64,000 nucleotides of DNA. Source: Candidatus Woesebacteria bacterium RIFCSPHIGHO2_01_FULL_39_32 (GTDB lineage Bacteria > Patescibacteriota > Microgenomatia > UBA8517). The stretch covers positions 9,697-73,696 of the forward strand of contig MGGJ01000004.1 of the NCBI GenBank assembly GCA_001792345.1, in the 5' to 3' direction. Position 1 is the first letter of the stretch. Each line of letters opens with the position of its first letter. Both the position numbers and the translations under genes were made by a program. Positions 58,214 through 64,000 of the stretch are shown here, piece by piece. The notes beneath the pieces were generated by a model. That model did not search any database. It saw only the letters and a list, made by a program, of their open reading frames with translations, and was not told where the DNA came from.

Positions 58214-58305
58214 ATGTCATGTAGAACTAAGTAGGTCTTGGGTTGCTACGGACAAACCTAGTAATACATCTCGTGAATAATAACACAGATAAACAAAAAG
58301 TTCAA
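58214..58305 (-). promoter_or_regulatory. rpsO promoter and candidate S15-binding leader
   Basis: TTGAAC-17 nt-TATTAT; stems ATGTA/TACAT and TAGGT/ACCTA abutting the start codon. Confidence 0.5.
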
Positions 58306-58324
58306 AAGGGTAAAATTTTAAATC

Positions 58325-59296
58325 TCAACTAATTGAGGTACCTTTGTATATCTTTGGTGATAGCCAATCTTTTGGCGGTTCCTCGGGTTCATCGGACTCT
58401 TCGGGTTGTTCCGAAGGAGCGGCTTTTTCACTTTCAACTTGCTGTGTTACCAAGCTAGGTTTTGTTTGTGCCGCTTGAAATTGAGAAATTTGAGGAGCTT
58501 GAGGTTGCATAAATGGTTGCGGTCTCACTATTTGGCCAGGAATTGCTCCAGGTGGAAAATCGGTTGGCCTTGCAGATACTTGGGAGGAAGACCGTTTGCC
58601 TCCGGATCGCATCAGGTCGGCAACAATTGCAAAGGTATCAGCCGTAACCGTCGGATCAGTAAAGTTATTACTTCCCTCCTCTATCCCCATTAAAAGATTT
58701 GTTGCTATGTCCACCTCAAACTTCATACCACTTTCTTTAATCAAACTGGCTACAACTTCTGAAACAGAAGAGGCAGGTCTAGAGAAAGAAACAAAGCTCT
58801 TATTTGAAGACAAGGAAATATCCCTTGTTCCAATATGTAGGATGTTCGCACCCGCTAACTCTTTTGTAGAAATTGCAGGAAAGTGTGCCTCATTCGCGCC
58901 CCCTATGATGATTACTGTATCAGCTGAAATACCTGAATAGGAAAGTTCCACCTGCTCCTTTGTAGGAGGTGATACTTTCTGTTTGGGAATAACGGTAAGT
59001 CTAAACTGACTATTTTCAATGTCATATGACACTCTTTCGATATCACTAGCACGGTAGTCGGTAAAGCGTATTACCAAATTCTTGTTTCCCAGCTCCTGTG
59101 AAATTCTATTGACCCCAATGAGACGGTTGAATTCGACTGTTATTTGGGAAGGTGTGGAAATCTGAATGTCTTTCTGTTCTCTTAAGGCCAGATATAAAGA
59201 AAGTCCAGCAGCAACTTGATCAAAATACGGTTTTGTCGGAAGAAGAATCAAAATGGATTTTGATCCGTCGATAATATTTTTGAATGAATTTTCCAT
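58325..59296 (-). CDS. Degenerate DHH/NrnA-like protein with Pro/Gln-rich tail
   Basis: SILILLP..D, ASSVSEVV, IATNLLMGI..NF fit the DHH fold; DHH motif absent. Confidence 0.65.
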   Translation of the reverse strand: MENSFKNIIDGSKSILILLPTKPYFDQVAAGLSLYLALREQKDIQISTPSQITVEFNRLIGVNRISQELGNKNLVIRFTDYRASDIERVSYDIENSQFRLTVIPKQKVSPPTKEQVELSYSGISADTVIIIGGANEAHFPAISTKELAGANILHIGTRDISLSSNKSFVSFSRPASSVSEVVASLIKESGMKFEVDIATNLLMGIEEGSNNFTDPTVTADTFAIVADLMRSGGKRSSSQVSARPTDFPPGAIPGQIVRPQPFMQPQAPQISQFQAAQTKPSLVTQQVESEKAAPSEQPEESDEPEEPPKDWLSPKIYKGTSIS

Positions 59297-59301
59297 TCTT
59301 A

Positions 59302-60720
59302 TTATTTTCGCACCGATAGTATAACATCTCCAATCTTGAAATCAAGCTGAGGCGAAAAAATAATTCCACATTCTTCTCCTTGTTTGGCTTCAACGATATC
59401 CTCCCGACCCTTTTTTAAAGAAATTACGGACATTTCTCCGATTTTTTTATCCCCTCTCGTCAAAATAAGAGCGTCCTTTTTTGTAATTTTCCCTTGAATT
59501 ATTTTGCATCCTGCGATTTTTTTCGCATTATATGGAAATTCTGCTAAAACCTCTGCTCGTCCCAAAATTTCAACTTTCCCCTTTTCAATAATCTCCTCCA
59601 ACCTTTCAAAAAGTTCATATATAATAGTAAAACTCTCAATACTAATTCCTTCTGTTTCTGCCAATTTTCGGACTTGATGGGGCGTTTTCGACTCGAACGT
59701 AAATATAAGTGCATTAGAGGATTTTGCCAAAAAAATATCAGACTCGGTAACATCTCCGACTCCTGAAGCCAAAACGACAATTTTTCCAGGGAGATTAGAA
59801 ATAACTGCCTCTAAAGTTCCTGCATTTTGAGCTTTTATAACTATTGGAATTTGTCCCTCCTCTACAGATATGCCCACACTTTTCTTCTGCATAGAAATGG
59901 TGGGTAGAATTTCTTTCTGATCAACTCCCCAAATCCTGCTACCAACCGGAGGAACATTTTTAAAACCGAGTACAAGAGCAGGTTCACCTGGTCCGACGCT
60001 CTGTACTGGCTTTTCGTTCCAATCAAAAAGTCCTCTGACTCGAATCCTTTCGATTTCTGAAACAATCTCGCATCCTACTTCTAATTGTCCATTTCTAACT
60101 ACGCAAGTTGCGGTTGGACCCCTATTGTCCTTTCCGGTCTCAACAATAAGTGCTTCTAGGGAACCTTCAGGGTCTCCCTTAATATCATTTAGTTCAGAAA
60201 CTAAAGTGATCATTTCAAGTAGTTCTTGTACACCTTTTCCTGTTTTTCCCGAAACTCCCAGTAACGGGACATCTCCACCCCTTCCTTCAAAAAGGACTCC
60301 TTCTTTTTCCAGTTGAGATCGTACTGTCTCGAGGTTTGCTGTAGGTAAATCAATTTTGGTTGCGGCAACTATAAAGGGAATTTTAGCTTCTAGTATATAT
60401 TCCAGTGCTTCTTTTGTTTGGGGTTTTACTCCATCACCCGCTGCTACTACAAGAATTGCTATGTCTGATAGTTTGGCTCCTCTTGCGCGCATATTAGAAA
60501 ATGCGGCATGACCAGGAGTATCAATAAAGGTAATTTGCTTTCCTTCCTTTGTGCTAACTTCTGAAGCACCAATACTTTGTGTAATTCCGCCTGCCTCCTT
60601 CGCGGCTACATTTGTACTTCGGACATTATCAAGAAGCGTTGTTTTTCCATGATCAACATGTCCCAAAATAACTACGATGGGCGGACGTGTTGCTCCTGAA
60701 GATGAAATTTTCTTTTCCAT
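59302..60720 (-). CDS. infB: Translation initiation factor IF-2 (minimal, no N-terminal domain)
   Basis: [33 protein letters not shown]. Confidence 0.97.
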   Translation of the reverse strand: MEKKISSSGATRPPIVVILGHVDHGKTTLLDNVRSTNVAAKEAGGITQSIGASEVSTKEGKQITFIDTPGHAAFSNMRARGAKLSDIAILVVAAGDGVKPQTKEALEYILEAKIPFIVAATKIDLPTANLETVRSQLEKEGVLFEGRGGDVPLLGVSGKTGKGVQELLEMITLVSELNDIKGDPEGSLEALIVETGKDNRGPTATCVVRNGQLEVGCEIVSEIERIRVRGLFDWNEKPVQSVGPGEPALVLGFKNVPPVGSRIWGVDQKEILPTISMQKKSVGISVEEGQIPIVIKAQNAGTLEAVISNLPGKIVVLASGVGDVTESDIFLAKSSNALIFTFESKTPHQVRKLAETEGISIESFTIIYELFERLEEIIEKGKVEILGRAEVLAEFPYNAKKIAGCKIIQGKITKKDALILTRGDKKIGEMSVISLKKGREDIVEAKQGEECGIIFSPQLDFKIGDVILSVRK

Positions 60721-60754
60721 AAACTTTAACCTTTCTGATTATTTTTTCCATGTA

Positions 60755-61918
60755 TCACTCAGCTAGGTCTTTCTTGTCTTCGCTCTTTTTGTTGGTATCA
60801 TCTACTACTGTTTGAATTGCTTTAGAACTATCATCGCTAACTATTTCTTTCTTTTCCACCTTTTCCAGTTCACTTGCCGGCTCAATTTCTTTTTCTTCCT
60901 TGTCCACCGTAGTCTTGGCGTCGGTGGATTTCCCCTTCGGAGTGGGAGCCTCCTTAATTTCTATTTTCCATCCAGTAAGTTTTGCGGCAAGACGAGCATT
61001 TTGCCCATCTTTACCAATCGCTAACGACAATTGATCCTCTGGAGCCTTCACAATTGCGATTTTAGTTTTCTCATCTAATTTCACACTCAAGTTTTCTGCC
61101 GGGGAGAGTGCAGCTTTAATTAAACTTGCTAAATCATCTGTGTATTGAATAATATCTACTCTCTCTCCTCCTAACTCATTGGTAACTGCTTGGACACGAA
61201 CTCCTTTTTGTCCAACACAGCTTCCGACCGGATCGACTCCACTTTGATTTGAAGAAACCGCCATTTTTGTTCGCACTCCTGCTTCACGTGAGATGGCTTT
61301 AACTTCAACACTTCCCGAGGACATCTCAGGAACTTCCCTTTCAAAAAGTTTTTTTACAAATTCAGTATCTCCTCGGGAAAGAATCAATTGTTTTCCCTTC
61401 AAAGTTTCTCTGATATCCTTGAAAAGGAAGGTTAGACGTTGATTTGGATTTAACCTCTCATTAGGAACTCGCTCTTCCTTGGGCATAATGCCTTCTGTTC
61501 TACCCAAGTCAACGCGTACATCCGGTCCATCAAAGCGCAATATCATTCCGGAAATCAATGCACCAATTCGACCCGAATATTCATCCATGATGGCGCCTTT
61601 TTCTGCTTCACGAATTTTTTGATGGATAACCTGTTTTGCGGTTTGGGCGGCGATTCGGCCAAATCCTGGAGGGGTTACATCCTTTCTTTCCTTCGGTTTC
61701 TCAAGTGGCCATGCAAAGACTTTTGCTTCTCCGTTTGTTGGATTCAGTTCTACATCGAAATCCATTTCTTCTACCTCAACGCCTGCTTCTCTTGCGTCAC
61801 GTTTATAAGCAGCAATAATTGCTTGCTTTATTGTGTCCAAAATAACATCAGCCTCCAACCCTCTTTCGGAGGCTATTGCTCTTAAAGCTTGCGCAAATTC
61901 GGTTCTAGGTGTTTGCAT
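60755..61918 (-). CDS. nusA: Transcription termination factor NusA
   Basis: FGRIAAQTAKQVI, CVGQKG.RV, QLSLAIGKDGQN. Confidence 0.98.
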   Translation of the reverse strand: MQTPRTEFAQALRAIASERGLEADVILDTIKQAIIAAYKRDAREAGVEVEEMDFDVELNPTNGEAKVFAWPLEKPKERKDVTPPGFGRIAAQTAKQVIHQKIREAEKGAIMDEYSGRIGALISGMILRFDGPDVRVDLGRTEGIMPKEERVPNERLNPNQRLTFLFKDIRETLKGKQLILSRGDTEFVKKLFEREVPEMSSGSVEVKAISREAGVRTKMAVSSNQSGVDPVGSCVGQKGVRVQAVTNELGGERVDIIQYTDDLASLIKAALSPAENLSVKLDEKTKIAIVKAPEDQLSLAIGKDGQNARLAAKLTGWKIEIKEAPTPKGKSTDAKTTVDKEEKEIEPASELEKVEKKEIVSDDSSKAIQTVVDDTNKKSEDKKDLAE

Positions 61919-61928
61919 ACCTTATTTT

Positions 61929-62013
61929 AAAAAAAATGGCGGGCAATAATTCCCACCACATCTTCCTGACTTAATCTAAATCAGATTTTACTCCGAAATC
62001 GATCTCTAGTCAA
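61929..62013 (-). promoter_or_regulatory. nusA promoter with terminator-like leader hairpin
   Basis: TTGACT(62008-62013)-17 nt-TAAAAT(61985-61990); TGGTGGG-AATTATTG-CCCGCCA followed by a T tract. Confidence 0.55.
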
Positions 62014-62913
62014 TTAAAGACCTTCTTCTTGAAGACTTTCAATGATGTTTTTCTGATCTCGAGAGAGCCTTTCGGGAACAGCGACTGCAATTCGAACATA
62101 CTCATCTCCTCGACCGCGACCACGTAAATGTAGTGCCCCTTTGCCACGAAGCCGCATCATTGTACCCGATTGAGTTCCCGGTCGAACTCTAATTTTTACT
62201 TCTCCGTCAACAGTTGGTATTTCGATTTGACCACCGAGAGAAGCTAAAGAAAAGGGTATCGAAACTCTGACGTAAATATCAGCACCGTCTCTTTCAAAGA
62301 CTTCGTGTGGACGAATGTTCACGGAAAGCATAAAATCTCCAAAATTTATTCGGGAACCCTCATCAACCCCGGGTGGGATTTTTATCTTTCTTCTCTTCCC
62401 CTCAATTTCAACCTCTTTTTCAACTCCTTTAATTGCATCCATAAAATCAATTGTTAATGAATATCGAGGAACTTGTCTTACTCTGCCGAAAGGGGAACCT
62501 CCACCAAAAAAGCTTTCAAAAATATCAAAAGGATCACCAAAATCATAACCTGAAAAAGGAGATCCGCCCTCCCCTCCACTTGTCGTGTAAGTATAGGTAA
62601 ATGGTCCCCAGCGCCCCTGTTGAGCTCCTCTCGGAAAACCACCCATACCTCCGAAGCCGCTAGCAGCTCCACCACCCGGTGAAAAGGCAGAATGACCAAA
62701 TTGATCGTAAGCCGATTTTTTTTGAGGATCAGACAAAATCTGATACGCCTCGTTTATTTCCTTAAAGCGCTTTTCAGCTGCTTCCTTATCTCCTCCTTGA
62801 TGCTTATCCGGATGCCACTCCAAAGCTTGCTTTCTATAAGCTTTCTTAATTTCATCTGCCGAAGCGCCTTTTGAAACTCCTAAAATATCGTAATAGTCAG
62901 ACTTAGCAGCCAT
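62014..62913 (-). CDS. dnaJ: DnaJ chaperone lacking the Cys-rich Zn-finger domain
   Basis: J domain HPD, G/F region, C-terminal domain; no CxxCxGxG repeats; follows dnaK. Confidence 0.92.
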   Translation of the reverse strand: MAAKSDYYDILGVSKGASADEIKKAYRKQALEWHPDKHQGGDKEAAEKRFKEINEAYQILSDPQKKSAYDQFGHSAFSPGGGAASGFGGMGGFPRGAQQGRWGPFTYTYTTSGGEGGSPFSGYDFGDPFDIFESFFGGGSPFGRVRQVPRYSLTIDFMDAIKGVEKEVEIEGKRRKIKIPPGVDEGSRINFGDFMLSVNIRPHEVFERDGADIYVRVSIPFSLASLGGQIEIPTVDGEVKIRVRPGTQSGTMMRLRGKGALHLRGRGRGDEYVRIAVAVPERLSRDQKNIIESLQEEGL

Positions 62914-62920
62914 AGTAGTT

Positions 62921-63240
62921 ACAATGCTAAATTATAAATGATAAATGACCAATTACCCATTCTTTTTAGCATTGATGATAATTTTACTAATAATTGCAAT
63001 TATTTCGTTATTTTCCTCCAAAACTGGTAAAAATTCTTTTTTCTTACTTTTATTATGGTCTGAAATTAAAGAAAGCCAATAGGTTTCTTTATTACTTGTT
63101 TAGCGAGAACCAAATTTTCGGGAGTCGTTGAGATAAGTTTTGTAACTCGAAGAACTTTTAATACAAATTTGTAAATTCTGCCATAAATATCTTTTCTATT
63201 TTTCTCCATTTAGCATTTATCATTGGTCAATTAGCATTCC
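62921..63240. mobile_element. Heptamer inverted-repeat element carrying a four-helix-bundle pseudogene
   Basis: Arms aatgcta-aattata-aatgata-aatgacc-aatta (62923-62955) and catttag-catttat-cattggt-caattag-catt (63207-63238). Confidence 0.65.
62953..63209 (-). pseudogene. Four-helix-bundle (23S rRNA IVP-like, TIGR02436-type) protein with internal deletion and frameshift
   Basis: MEKNRKDIYGRIYKFVLKVLRVTKLISTTPENLVLAKQVI, then in a shifted frame KETYWLSLI..ENNEIIAIISKII; central RSxxSIGANxxE segment missing. Confidence 0.75.
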
Positions 63241-64000
63241 TATTCAACTACTTCTCCCTCTTCAACTTTCTCTTCCCCATTGCCTTTTTTCTTATCTTCA
63301 GCTTTTTTCTCTTCCTCTTTAGGTTCTTCACTTTGTGCTTTGCCCTCTGCACTTTGTCCTGCAGCTTGCTGCGAACCATACATTGCTTGTCCTATTTGAC
63401 TCAAGGTTTCCGATAAATCTTTTGTGGCTGACTCGATTTCCTCTTTTCCTGCATCTTCTTTTGCCAAAATATTTTTGACTCCTTTAATTTTCTCTTCAAC
63501 TTTAGTTTTTACATCAGCCGGAGCTTTATCGCCTGCATCTTTGAGTGCTTTTTCTGCTGCGGCAACCATTGCATCTGCCTGATTTCTGGCTTGAATTTTT
63601 TCCGCTTTTTTCTGATCTTCTTCTTTATGATGTTCTGCCTCATCCTGCATTCTTTTGACTTCATCGTCGGATAGTCCGATTGCGCCTGTTATTTTTATAT
63701 TTTGGGTTTTGCCCGTTGCTTTATCTTTAGCGGTAACTGTTAATATTCCAGAAGCGTCGAGGTCAAATGTAACTTCTACTTGCGGAACTCCGCGAGGTGC
63801 TGGGGGAATTCCATCTAAAATAAATCTACCTAATGATTTATTGTCAGAGGCCATTGGACGCTCTCCTTGAGTAACATGGATTTCAACTTGTGTCTGGTTA
63901 TCCGCTGCTGTTGAAAAAATTTCAGTTTTGCTAGTCGGAATAGTAGTATTACGGGGAATCATCGGTGTTGCAACACTTCCCAAAGTTTCAATCGCCAAGG
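63240..64000 (-). CDS. dnaK: Chaperone DnaK, C-terminal part (start beyond window)
   Basis: [31 protein letters not shown]. Confidence 0.98.
   Translation of the reverse strand, partial: LAIETLGSVATPMIPRNTTIPTSKTEIFSTAADNQTQVEIHVTQGERPMASDNKSLGRFILDGIPPAPRGVPQVEVTFDLDASGILTVTAKDKATGKTQNIKITGAIGLSDDEVKRMQDEAEHHKEEDQKKAEKIQARNQADAMVAAAEKALKDAGDKAPADVKTKVEEKIKGVKNILAKEDAGKEEIESATKDLSETLSQIGQAMYGSQQAAGQSAEGKAQSEEPKEEEKKAEDKKKGNGEEKVEEGEVVE

Noticed and set aside
1..64000. Alternative genetic code (TGA or TAG recoding)
   Set aside because: Conserved genes end correctly at TGA (rpsD, rpoA) and TAG (secY, rpsG) and translate fully with code 11

Overview
Core-genome segment of a reduced, AT-rich bacterium, most likely CPR/Patescibacteria (Microgenomates-like). 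Supporting signs are the absence of rpmD/L30 between rpsE and rplO, a short IF2 and AlaRS, and TAG/TGA used as stops. Mostly minus-strand housekeeping genes: dnaK-dnaJ, nusA-infB, rpsO-pnp, rnj, ftsK, alaS-sortase-ruvX-mltG, rpoB-rpoC, str, S10, spc and alpha operons, rplM-rpsI, and an isoprenoid cluster (uppS, polyprenyl synthase, idi). No rRNA, tRNA, CRISPR or intact transposase was seen. Highlights: (1) the operons are colonised by several small palindromic element families, including heptamer-repeat inverted elements. One still carries a decayed four-helix-bundle gene, and several have entered coding sequence (L3, L22, PNPase). (2) EF-G has NKLN instead of the NKxD guanine-specificity motif. 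(3) An adenylate-kinase/nucleotidyltransferase fusion. (4) Several enzymes have lost cofactor ligands or domains (Cys-less UDG, RNase J, AAA-only Lon). (5) rpsJ is uncoupled from rplC, which has its own promoter and attenuator-like leader. All calls are by eye from motifs; no database searches were run.
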